Origin: Bacteroidales bacterium
GTDB taxonomy: Bacteria; Bacteroidota; Bacteroidia; Bacteroidales; FEN-979
DNA: 64,000 nucleotides
Reading direction: 5' to 3'
Assembly (NCBI GenBank): GCA_023229525.1
Contig: JALNZC010000013.1
Location: 17,286-81,285, forward strand
Shown: positions 37,621 to 46,405 of the stretch, piece by piece
Position numbering within the stretch: the first letter of the stretch is position 1
How the letters are laid out: every line of letters starts with the position of its first letter
The notes under the pieces: model-generated
Told to the model about the DNA's origin: nothing
Databases searched by the model: none
The model's input: the letters and a program-made list of their open reading frames with translations, nothing else
Program-made: the position numbers and the translations under genes

Positions 37621-39075
37621 CTAATTTACCGGAAGAGAAATATAGAATGTGCAGCCTTTGTCAGGATTGTTCTCAACCCTGATCTCCCCCTGGTGCATAT
37701 CAATGATCTCCTTGACAATGGCCAATCCAAGACCCGTTCCCTGGGTCCGGGTGGTGTAAAAGGGTTTGAAGATATCCGGCAGTTTGTCCTCAGGAATACC
37801 GATACCGGTATCCCTGACCGCGATTTGTACCTTTTTCCCGGCAGCCGACCAGGAGGTCTCATAAGTGATGGTGCCACGTACATCCGATGCCTGCACTGCA
37901 TTCAAACCCAGGTTCAGCAGCACATTCTCCACCTGTTCCGGGTCGAAATAAAAGAGCGGTATATCTTTGCCCAATTCCACCTTGAAATTAATCTTTTTAT
38001 TGATAGCCTGATTCTCAAGAAAAAAAACAACCGATTTAATAATTTCATTGATGTCGGCTTCCTGTGGATTAAGATCCTTCGAGCGGGAGTAGTTGAGGAG
38101 GTTTGAAACTGCTTTATTCACGCGGTTTGCCTGTCGCTGGATCTCCTCAAGTACCGGTTTATTTTCGGTATCCTTGGTTTCCTCAATAATAATTTCAATG
38201 GCATTCGCTATTCCGGTGATCGGGTTGCGGATTTCGTGGGCCAGCCGGGCCGACATCTCCCCGATAGTGGCCAGTTTCTGTGAAGTCCTGATCTCCTGTT
38301 GATGGTATTTCTGAAGCTCATTCTGTGTCTGCTGGAAATGTCCCACCATTTCGTTGAAACTTTTTCCCAACCGGCCCAATTCGGTTGACTTCGGGATAGT
38401 AAGTCGTTCGTTGAGGTTCCCCTGGTTAATGACATTGATGGCCTTTTGGAACTCAGAAAGCGACTTCCTGACGATCTTGTAATGGAGGGTTAAAACAAAC
38501 CCGAGAACAAGTAAGATCAGGATCACCGTGAAGATAAAGCTGAACTGACGGGTGAAAGCAATGGTGTCGCCCGGGGAGTGCATGGCGAAATCGATTCCGA
38601 TATACCCCAGGATGGGTTTGGTAGATGCATGACAATTATAGCAGGTCGGACTGTTTTTCAGGCGGATGATAGCCCGGGAAAAAGGAACGTTTGCATCCTG
38701 GAATGTCGTCAGGGTGATGTCGTTAGGTAAGGACGCAAGCTTCCGAAGGTTAATGGTATCGAATTCATTCGGATTGAATTGGGAAGGGTATAGCACTTTC
38801 CCATCGGCATCAATTAAATAAGAATGAATAACCTGCCCGTTCTTGTCAAGCTGACGCAGACTTGGTTTGATGATCCGGCCGTCATGCACGGCTACGATCT
38901 GGCCCTTCATCAGAGTGAGTACCGACAAAATATCCTCTTTTGCATTCTCGTAGATCTTTTTGCTGAGGTAATAATTATAGATGTAAAAAGAGAAGAAGGA
39001 CATTACCGTAATGACCACGATGATGGTTGTTACAATTTTAAACCGGAAGGAGGTAAAATTAATTTCTATTTTCAT
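37621..39075 (-). CDS. sensor histidine kinase with a periplasmic domain carrying a c-type haem-binding motif
   Basis: TM1 (IVTTIIVVITVMSFFSFYIY), an extracytoplasmic domain of about 150 aa containing SPTCYNCHAS, TM2 (FSFIFTVILILLVLGFVLTL), HAMP, H-box LAHEIRNPITG and G-box GTGLGLAIV. Confidence 0.9.
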   Translation of the reverse strand: MKIEINFTSFRFKIVTTIIVVITVMSFFSFYIYNYYLSKKIYENAKEDILSVLTLMKGQIVAVHDGRIIKPSLRQLDKNGQVIHSYLIDADGKVLYPSQFNPNEFDTINLRKLASLPNDITLTTFQDANVPFSRAIIRLKNSPTCYNCHASTKPILGYIGIDFAMHSPGDTIAFTRQFSFIFTVILILLVLGFVLTLHYKIVRKSLSEFQKAINVINQGNLNERLTIPKSTELGRLGKSFNEMVGHFQQTQNELQKYHQQEIRTSQKLATIGEMSARLAHEIRNPITGIANAIEIIIEETKDTENKPVLEEIQRQANRVNKAVSNLLNYSRSKDLNPQEADINEIIKSVVFFLENQAINKKINFKVELGKDIPLFYFDPEQVENVLLNLGLNAVQASDVRGTITYETSWSAAGKKVQIAVRDTGIGIPEDKLPDIFKPFYTTRTQGTGLGLAIVKEIIDMHQGEIRVENNPDKGCTFYISLPVN

Positions 39076-39107
39076 TCAATCCTGCATTAAAAAACGTTTT
39101 TTTAGGA

Positions 39108-40787
39108 TCAGTAAGTTTCAGGGTTATGATTTTCCCCATGGCATACAAGCCGGCAGCTGCCATGACGGACCCCGGTATCTGTGAACTGGATGATCCCTCC
39201 GGAAGGACTTACCACAGCGGTATTAAAATTAACGAGGTTGGAGTTGTTCGTTGTCGTGCCGGGACTGCCTATACCATGTGCATCATGGCAGACATTGCAG
39301 GGTGTGCGCTCTTCTACGATATGTAAACGATGTCTCGGGAAGCTATTGATATTGTTGATAATGTTGTTCCGGTTATGACAGGTGTAGCAAAGAGCATAGG
39401 CAGCGGCCGATTCCGTGGTATTATCGGCTGTAAGGTACTGTGCTTTCATGATATGTGGATAGATCGATCCGTGGGGGCCGGCCGGAGAACCGGTACCATC
39501 ACTGGCGTGACAGGCGGTACAGTAAATTACAGTGGAGGCCGTATTGGGTGCGATCAGATTCCCTGTGATCTCCGTATTGTTCCGTGGTCCGACCACCGGA
39601 TGGAACGAGGGGTTAGTCGTGGCAAATTCAAGACGTACATTGTTTTGTACGATAACGCGGGGAGAGGCCGGTGGGGCCATCCCTGGAGTATTGGTATGAC
39701 AACGGTAACAGATCTGGTACTCGTAAACAGCCGGGTTTACCTGACTCCCATTCTGGTCGATCCCTTTTACACCGGTGATAAAGCCATTCACGTTGGGCGC
39801 CACAGCCGTGGTATTGTTGGCCTGGTGGGCATTATGACAGTCGGTGCACTCTACATGGTTTGTGCTCACCAGCGCATTCTCAACAGGGTCGTGAATCCCT
39901 TGGTAGCCATATACATTGTGCTTGTAGGTTTTTGCAGCTTGAGCCTGGATGTTCTTAACTGCCACGTTTCCATTATGGCAATCGAGGCAGTTATTTTCCT
40001 CGGGAAGCCAATCCATCAAACGGAGTTTCCCGGCGGCGGAATGGGGATTATGACAGTTTTCGCACCCATTATCGGCAACTGTAGTATACGGGCTATGGAA
40101 CCAGGGATTGGGGGCGACGCCATTCCAGGTGCTGGTTGAGTTACGGTGGCTTGCAGTAACCCAATTTGCAGGTGTATGGCAAACAAGACAAAGGTTCGAT
40201 GCCTGTGTAGTAGCCACGAGAAAAGCTGAATAGATATTCTTGTGTGGATCATGACAGGAGGTACACTGGAGTTTACCGTTCTCCAACTTTACAGGACCGG
40301 TGAGGGTAGCCGGATTCACCAGTTGTCCGTCGGCGGCTGCGAGTGTAGCATCATAGATAAACGAGAGCGGGTGGTCGTTGGAGATATCCTTGGTGAGGTT
40401 GCTCACCCCAGTAGGCATTGTCGTAACGCCGCCAGCCATGATAATCGGCGTTGTACGGCTGATGATGCTTCCAAGGGCAATGGTACCATCGTGACAGGAG
40501 AGACAGAGGATCGATGCCCCGTCGGGTTGTCCGAGAATAGCCTGTGTAGTGGAACTGGCATAAAGGGTATAGGTTAGTCCCGGGTCAGACCGGTTCCACA
40601 GGGGGTGATCCGGCCGTGAATTATGAGGTGCATGGCAAAAAATGCATATTTCGGATTCTGTAGTTGCTTTGATGGCGCCGGGTCCACTTACCGACAGGTT
40701 ATGCTTTGTGGATACTATGGTTTGTGAATAAACAGCCAGCGGTATCCAGAACAACTGCAGCAGGCTGATCTTCAGTAGTCTAATCAT
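39108..40787 (-). CDS. multihaem c-type cytochrome (11 CXXCH + 1 CX3CH)
   Basis: 559 aa with a Sec signal. Motifs are CIFCH, CLSCH, CTSCH, CLVCH, CENCH, CLDCH, CTDCH, CYRCH, CTACH, CYTCH, CNVCH plus C-terminal CRLVCH. The start overlaps the upstream NHL gene stop (TAATG). Confidence 0.9.
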   Translation of the reverse strand: MIRLLKISLLQLFWIPLAVYSQTIVSTKHNLSVSGPGAIKATTESEICIFCHAPHNSRPDHPLWNRSDPGLTYTLYASSTTQAILGQPDGASILCLSCHDGTIALGSIISRTTPIIMAGGVTTMPTGVSNLTKDISNDHPLSFIYDATLAAADGQLVNPATLTGPVKLENGKLQCTSCHDPHKNIYSAFLVATTQASNLCLVCHTPANWVTASHRNSTSTWNGVAPNPWFHSPYTTVADNGCENCHNPHSAAGKLRLMDWLPEENNCLDCHNGNVAVKNIQAQAAKTYKHNVYGYQGIHDPVENALVSTNHVECTDCHNAHQANNTTAVAPNVNGFITGVKGIDQNGSQVNPAVYEYQICYRCHTNTPGMAPPASPRVIVQNNVRLEFATTNPSFHPVVGPRNNTEITGNLIAPNTASTVIYCTACHASDGTGSPAGPHGSIYPHIMKAQYLTADNTTESAAAYALCYTCHNRNNIINNINSFPRHRLHIVEERTPCNVCHDAHGIGSPGTTTNNSNLVNFNTAVVSPSGGIIQFTDTGVRHGSCRLVCHGENHNPETY

Positions 40788-41794
40788 TACTTTCCTCCGT
40801 TCATGAGTTGAAATACCTGTATTCTCGAATTATAGCTATCAGCAATATAGATCTGGTCGCGATTATCAATATAAATACCAGAGGGCATCCAGAACTCCAT
40901 GTTCCCGTGTCCGCGTGTACCAAAGGTGTATAGTAACTGCCCCTGCGGGTTAAAGATCTGTACGGCGCTGAACAGGGCATCAGCAATATAAATATTGCCG
41001 TAGGAGTCAGTGGCGATCCCTTTCGGACGGGCGAAATCGCCACTGCCGTCACCAGGTTTACCGAACTGAGAGATGAATTCGCCATCAGCGGAAAAGATCT
41101 GAATGCGAAAATTCAAGGCATCCACGATATATACTTTGCCATTCCTGTCGACCCACACTGAGGTTGGATAATTGAATTCACCAGGTGCAGTGCCTCTTTT
41201 CCCGAACCGTTTCAACACTTTCCCATATTCATCCAGCACTGATACCCGGTGGGCATTGGTCTCCACCAACCAGATCCGGTGATCCGACGGCACCCAGGCT
41301 ATCCCTGTAGGCCGGTCGAAAGTGGAGTCGGTAAGCAGTGTGAGCGACTTTTTATCCGGTGTACATAAAAAAATCTTATTATAATAGGAATCGGTGAAAA
41401 GAAAACTATTTTCCTTGAAAGGTGTAATACCTACCAGGGAGGGGAAATTTTTGTACTTTTTATTTCTGAAGTGGGTTATTTCACCCACTTTGTCTTTCAC
41501 CTTGAAGATCACCCCGTTCTCCTGGTCAAGTACATACAAAGAAAGGGAATCCTTTGCAATAACACCTACCGGACGTGTTAGTTCCATTGAGTTTTTTTTA
41601 CCCAGAATGAGTTCGGCGATGCGTGTACCGAGACTGCGTTTTGGTTTTTCATTGGCAAGTGGAGGATATTGAGATATCCAGGCAATATAAGGCGAATCCT
41701 CAACCTTTCGGACAAACTCCTGCGCCCGAGCCTGAAACACGCCACAGGTATAAATTATGATAAACAGGATGATGATTATTCTGTTAGTTTGCAT
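40787..41794 (-). CDS. NHL-repeat six-bladed beta-propeller protein (secreted)
   Basis: 335 aa with a signal peptide. Repeated NHL units, e.g. GEFNYPTSVWVDRNGKVYIVDALNFRIQIF, GDFARPKGIATDSYGNIYIADALFSAVQIF, MEFWMPSGIYIDNRDQIYIADSYNSRIQVF. Confidence 0.9.
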   Translation of the reverse strand: MQTNRIIIILFIIIYTCGVFQARAQEFVRKVEDSPYIAWISQYPPLANEKPKRSLGTRIAELILGKKNSMELTRPVGVIAKDSLSLYVLDQENGVIFKVKDKVGEITHFRNKKYKNFPSLVGITPFKENSFLFTDSYYNKIFLCTPDKKSLTLLTDSTFDRPTGIAWVPSDHRIWLVETNAHRVSVLDEYGKVLKRFGKRGTAPGEFNYPTSVWVDRNGKVYIVDALNFRIQIFSADGEFISQFGKPGDGSGDFARPKGIATDSYGNIYIADALFSAVQIFNPQGQLLYTFGTRGHGNMEFWMPSGIYIDNRDQIYIADSYNSRIQVFQLMNGGK

Positions 41795-41876
41795 CAGATC
41801 CGGGAGGGTTTTTTACAGGTAATCCGGAGATCGTCCGGGTTTCAATTCTTAACAAAATTAGAATTTTGTTGCAACT

Positions 41877-41894
41877 AGTCAAATTTAGTGCCAA
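41877..41894 (-). promoter_or_regulatory. candidate promoter for the NHL-cytochrome-kinase-regulator operon (TTGGCAC-N5-TTTGACT; alternatively a sigma-A -33/-7 promoter)
   Basis: The minus strand reads TTGGCACTAAATTTGACT, about 83 nt upstream of the ATG at 41794. The same TTTG is followed after 19 nt by TAATTTTG (a perfect TAnnTTTG), so a housekeeping promoter is an equally good reading. Confidence 0.35.
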
Positions 41895-41987
41895 ACAATA
41901 GAAATAGCGAAAGGAGAATACGATAAGTCCACAATACAATATTTTATTATCTTTTTCGTACTTTTATCTGGATTGAATATTAAAAAC

Positions 41988-44900
41988 ATGAAAAAAATAC
42001 CTACCCTGCTTTTCTCTTCACAGATGACCCTTTTGCTTTTGATGATCTTTGCCATAGCTATCGGGTCGGCCACTTTCATCGAGGAAAAATTTGACATAGT
42101 TACGGCTCGCCTATTGGTATACGATGCCTGGTGGTTCGAACTTGTGCTGTTGCTTCTCGCCCTCAATTTCATAGGGAATATCAGTCGATATAAGCTTTGG
42201 CGCAGAGAGAAGATATCAATCCTGTTATTTCATCTTGCGTTCATTCTCCTGATCCTCGGAGCAGGGATCACCCGTTACCTGGGTTTTGAAGGGATGATGC
42301 ATATACGGGAAGGGAATTCTTCACGGGTCATATATAGCTCCACTCCCTATCTTCAGGTGAATGCGACCGGGAAGGATTTCGATTTCTCTTTGAATAAACC
42401 CCTTCTATTCAGTGAGATGGTTCCTAACCGGTTCAGTTTTGGATTCGACACCAGGGGGAAGGGAAAGATTTCAGTTTCTTTCCATGATTATATGAAGAAT
42501 GCCGTATCACGGATCAATGAAAATGTAAGGGGAGGTACAACGATTGTTCAGATGGTCCTTGCCGCTTCGGAAGGCAGAGAAACAGTGCTCATCGAAAAAG
42601 GAGAGATTGTGGATCTGGGAAATGCTGTGATCGCGTACGAAAATAACAACCGGAAGGATGCCATCCGGCTTTCGGAAAGAAATGGGAAACTTTTTCTCTC
42701 ATCACCCTCCGGTATCGTGATGTCGTTCATGCATGGTATGGGCAGTACCAGTGATACTACTGTTAATCCACCGGTGACAGATACCATACAGGAATTTAAG
42801 GCAGGTTATATTTATAGTACTCAGGATGTCCTGCTGCTTTTCGTTAAACGATTTACCGGCGCTGAAAAAGAGTTGGTCCGTGGAAAGGCCAATGACCAGG
42901 GTTCCGAGGTGCTTTTCGTGGATGTGGCCTTTGAAGGCAAAACCCGCACTGTTCCTTTGTTCGTCGGCACAGGATACAATACGGCTGTAAAAGAACTCAA
43001 TCTGGATGGGGTTAGAATGAAACTCGCATACGGAAACAAAGAAATTACCTTACCCTTCTCCCTTCAGCTCGACGATTTCATCCTTGACCGCTATGCAGGA
43101 TCAATGAGCCCATCCTCATATGCCAGCGAGGTCACCCTCATCGATAGCGAAAGGAATCTCCGGGAAAAACGGCGGATATATATGAACCATGTGCTTGATC
43201 ACCGGGGCTACCGTTTTTTTCAGTCCTCATACGATATGGATGAAAAAGGGACGGTGCTTTCGGTGAACCACGACCGGGCAGGAACATGGGTCTCTTACGC
43301 CGGGTACATCCTGCTGGCAATCGGTTTCATCGGCACACTTTTCAACAAAAACTCCAGATTTCGCATCCTTAGCAAAGCAATCGACCGGATCCGGTCGGAA
43401 CGGAAGGCAGGGATCATGGTCACCCTTTTCTTCTTCCTTTTTGCCTCTGTTTCCTGCTTTGCCCAGCAAGAAACTGTTCAGCCATACGTCGGGGCCGATC
43501 ATGCGGAGAAATTCGGACACCTGTTGGTGCAGACTTTCGATGGACGTTTTGAACCGATTCATACCCTGGCCTACGATGTGATGCATAAAATTTCACGAAA
43601 GGACCAAATTCACACCGACAAAAAGGGCGATATGGATGCAATCCAGGTTTTCATGGATATGCTTATGGATCCCGAATACTGGAAACACCAGAAGATCATC
43701 TATGTGCGTGAAAAAGCTGTGAGGGATATCCTTGGTGTAGGCGGACAATATGCCTGTTTTTATGATTTTGTCGACCAGCAGTCGAACTACAAACTTTCCT
43801 CCTTTGCTGAAAAAGCCTTCCGCAAGAGACCTGCAGAGCAGAATGCTTTCGATAAGGAAATCATCAAAGCGGATGAACGGATCAACATATGGATGAGCGT
43901 TCAAAACGGTTCATTGCTCAAGATCTTCCCGGAGCAAAACGCGATCAATCACGGGTGGATCAGTTTTGTTGATACATTGGCCCGAGTGCCCCTCACCGGG
44001 AAATTGCGCGATATAAACAGCGATCTTCCCCTGAATCAGTTAGATTATAACAATTTAATGCGTTATTACCTTCAGGCTGTTTATGACGGCGCCCGGACGG
44101 GTGACTATACAAATGCCGACCTCGTGCTGAAGCACCTGGAAAGTACCCAGCGGGAAGGAACCCCCGAAAATCTTTTACCAACCATTTCCAAAATAAATAC
44201 AGAGATATGGTATAATAAATCGCAGATCTTTATAACACTACGGAATATTTACGGAGTACTCAGTCTGTTCCTGCTCGTGTTTGCCTTTGCGGAAAACCTT
44301 CGATCACGCAAGAGCCGTTTCGTTTCCTGGACATTAAATTTACTGACGATTGTGCTCGGTGCAGCATTTTTATACCACACCTGGGGTATGGCGCTCCGGT
44401 GGTATCTCACCGGACATGCCCCCTGGAGTAACGGTTATGAGGCATTGTTGTTGGTCGCCTGGGGAAGTCTCCTGGCCGGATTCTGTTTCATGAAATACTC
44501 CCGGATCACGCTGGCGGCCACAGCAGTACTTGCTTTTATGGTACTAATGACGGCAGGTCACAGCAGTTACGATCCACAGCTGACCAACCTTCAACCTGTG
44601 CTGAAATCCTATTGGCTGATCGTACATGTAGCGGTGATCACCGTAAGTTATGGATTCCTGGCGCTTGGTTTTTTACTTGGGCTGATCAATATGTTCATCT
44701 TTCTTTTCAAAACGAAAATCCAAGCCTTCCGCCTCGACCTGATTATCAGGGAGCTGACCCTGACCAACGAAATGACGCTGATCATCGGAATTGTGCTGGC
44801 GACCATCGGTACCTTTCTTGGCGGTGTCTGGGCCAATGAATCCTGGGGCCGGTACTGGGGCTGGGATGCCAAGGAAACATGGGCGTTGGTCATCGTGATC

Positions 44901-45155
44901 ACCTACGCGATTATCTTGCATCTTAGATTCGTTCCAGGGTTAAAGGGAAATTTTATTTTCAACATAGCGTCAGTGATTGGTTTCGGAAGTGTGATCATGA
45001 CTTTTGTCGGGGTTAATTATTATCTTTCGAAAGGACTTCACAGTTATGCTGCTGACGATAAAAAGGTGTTTCCTTTGTGGGGTTGGGGATTAATTCTGGG
45101 GATAATCTTACTCATGATTGTGGCAGGTTATAGGGAACGTTTGTCGAAGAAATGA
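41988..45155 (+). CDS. ccsBA: fused System II cytochrome c biogenesis protein CcsBA (ResB-CcsA)
   Basis: 1055 aa from the ATG at 41988 (the ORF track begins at TTG 41973). The N-terminal part is ResB-like with TMs and a large soluble domain. The C-terminal part is CcsA-like with the Trp-rich WWD motif WGRYWGWDAKETWALV. Confidence 0.9.
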   Translation: MKKIPTLLFSSQMTLLLLMIFAIAIGSATFIEEKFDIVTARLLVYDAWWFELVLLLLALNFIGNISRYKLWRREKISILLFHLAFILLILGAGITRYLGFEGMMHIREGNSSRVIYSSTPYLQVNATGKDFDFSLNKPLLFSEMVPNRFSFGFDTRGKGKISVSFHDYMKNAVSRINENVRGGTTIVQMVLAASEGRETVLIEKGEIVDLGNAVIAYENNNRKDAIRLSERNGKLFLSSPSGIVMSFMHGMGSTSDTTVNPPVTDTIQEFKAGYIYSTQDVLLLFVKRFTGAEKELVRGKANDQGSEVLFVDVAFEGKTRTVPLFVGTGYNTAVKELNLDGVRMKLAYGNKEITLPFSLQLDDFILDRYAGSMSPSSYASEVTLIDSERNLREKRRIYMNHVLDHRGYRFFQSSYDMDEKGTVLSVNHDRAGTWVSYAGYILLAIGFIGTLFNKNSRFRILSKAIDRIRSERKAGIMVTLFFFLFASVSCFAQQETVQPYVGADHAEKFGHLLVQTFDGRFEPIHTLAYDVMHKISRKDQIHTDKKGDMDAIQVFMDMLMDPEYWKHQKIIYVREKAVRDILGVGGQYACFYDFVDQQSNYKLSSFAEKAFRKRPAEQNAFDKEIIKADERINIWMSVQNGSLLKIFPEQNAINHGWISFVDTLARVPLTGKLRDINSDLPLNQLDYNNLMRYYLQAVYDGARTGDYTNADLVLKHLESTQREGTPENLLPTISKINTEIWYNKSQIFITLRNIYGVLSLFLLVFAFAENLRSRKSRFVSWTLNLLTIVLGAAFLYHTWGMALRWYLTGHAPWSNGYEALLLVAWGSLLAGFCFMKYSRITLAATAVLAFMVLMTAGHSSYDPQLTNLQPVLKSYWLIVHVAVITVSYGFLALGFLLGLINMFIFLFKTKIQAFRLDLIIRELTLTNEMTLIIGIVLATIGTFLGGVWANESWGRYWGWDAKETWALVIVITYAIILHLRFVPGLKGNFIFNIASVIGFGSVIMTFVGVNYYLSKGLHSYAADDKKVFPLWGWGLILGIILLMIVAGYRERLSKK

Positions 45156-46405
45156 TCCTCTTAAAAAAGGCGTCCCACCATTATTTCCGATCAGTATTAC
45201 TCCACCGTTATTGGGACCCCTTCATTGGTTACAAATTGGGGTGGGATGGAAGGGGAAATAAGTTGGTTGAAGATGAAAATGAAAGTAAATGGTTACGATA
45301 CATCTTCACCGAATATTCAAAGGGGACATCCTTGAAGGATATCAAATCGACACTTCATGTAAATGGAATAAAGACACGAAGGGGTAATGATCTTTGGTCG
45401 ATGGGATCGTTACAGGTGATGTTAAGGAATGACATTTATATTGGTAATCAAGTTTTTGTGGATAAAAAGTCGAAGATTGTCATTCGTAACACCATTCCCC
45501 AATTGGTATCCAATACCCTTTGGGATGAAGTTCAACATAGACGAAATTCGATATTGGTAAGAAGAAACCAAGTCAACCGGACGAAGAAATTTTATCTGTT
45601 CCGGGACTTCCTGATTTGTAAATGTGGTACCCCTATGGGTGGAAGAAGTCGGATCGACAAAGGATTAAACCATTATTACTGTCCACTTCCGGAAAGGAAA
45701 TTCAATAACAATTATAAAAATGATGTCCACTGTGATATGAAACGGGGGTTGAACATCCCGACGACCAATGGTGTCCTTTGGAATAAAATCATCGACATTC
45801 TTTCTGATACGATGGAGTTGAAAAAGACTTTGACAAAAATGACAAACATCGGAAAATTGGGGAACTCAAAAGGTTTGAAGGTGGAAAGTAAATCAATTGA
45901 AGATAAAATTCGTAAACTACTGAAAGTCAAATCTGATATAGAAAAAGGGTTAGTCGAAGTCGAAACAAAAAAAATCTTACAAAAATACCCCTCAAATGAG
46001 GTTTACCAGTCTTTACGAAAATCTCTGACCAACTCGCTCAACCAGACCAAATCAGAAATTGAAAAATTAAGAAATTCACTTCAACAGATTGGGGATCAAC
46101 AATCTTGGTTTTTGTGGATTGAAACCTTCGGAAATGACATTAGTGAAAAAAGACACCTTCCGGATCCTTTAAAAAAAATATTATTAAAACAAGTATTGGA
46201 TTGTATAACTGTGGATTATGACTGGGTGGAGAAGGTTCATCGACTAAATATTTCCTTCAAAATACCCGTATTCACGGGTGATCGGGAGGACAAATATTCA
46301 CCAAATATACTTGTGCCTTCGGAAACCCTTGGTAATCAACCCGACCAACTTGTCCCCGTTGAAACCTACTCCACCGTTACCGATTTGGCCAGGTTTCGCG
46401 GTTGA
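45152..46405 (+). pseudogene. large serine recombinase remnant lacking the N-terminal resolvase catalytic domain
   Basis: The ORF begins at the recombinase-domain boundary (...IGYKLGWDGRGNKLVEDENESKWLRYIFTEYSKGTSLKDIKSTLHVNGIKTRRGNDLWSMGSLQVMLRNDIYIGN). It has a zinc-ribbon (FLICKCGTPMGG...YYCP) and a coiled-coil tail. No catalytic Ser domain is present. The last 40 nt run antisense into the glmS 3' end. Confidence 0.65.

Noticed and set aside
39330-40139. 269-aa plus-strand ORF opposite the 12-haem cytochrome gene, and 35142..35507 opposite or overlapping the tetrahaem gene
   Set aside because: The minus-strand frames contain regularly spaced CXXCH motifs and signal peptides. The alternative frames have no motifs and are Gly/Arg/Val-rich shadow ORFs.
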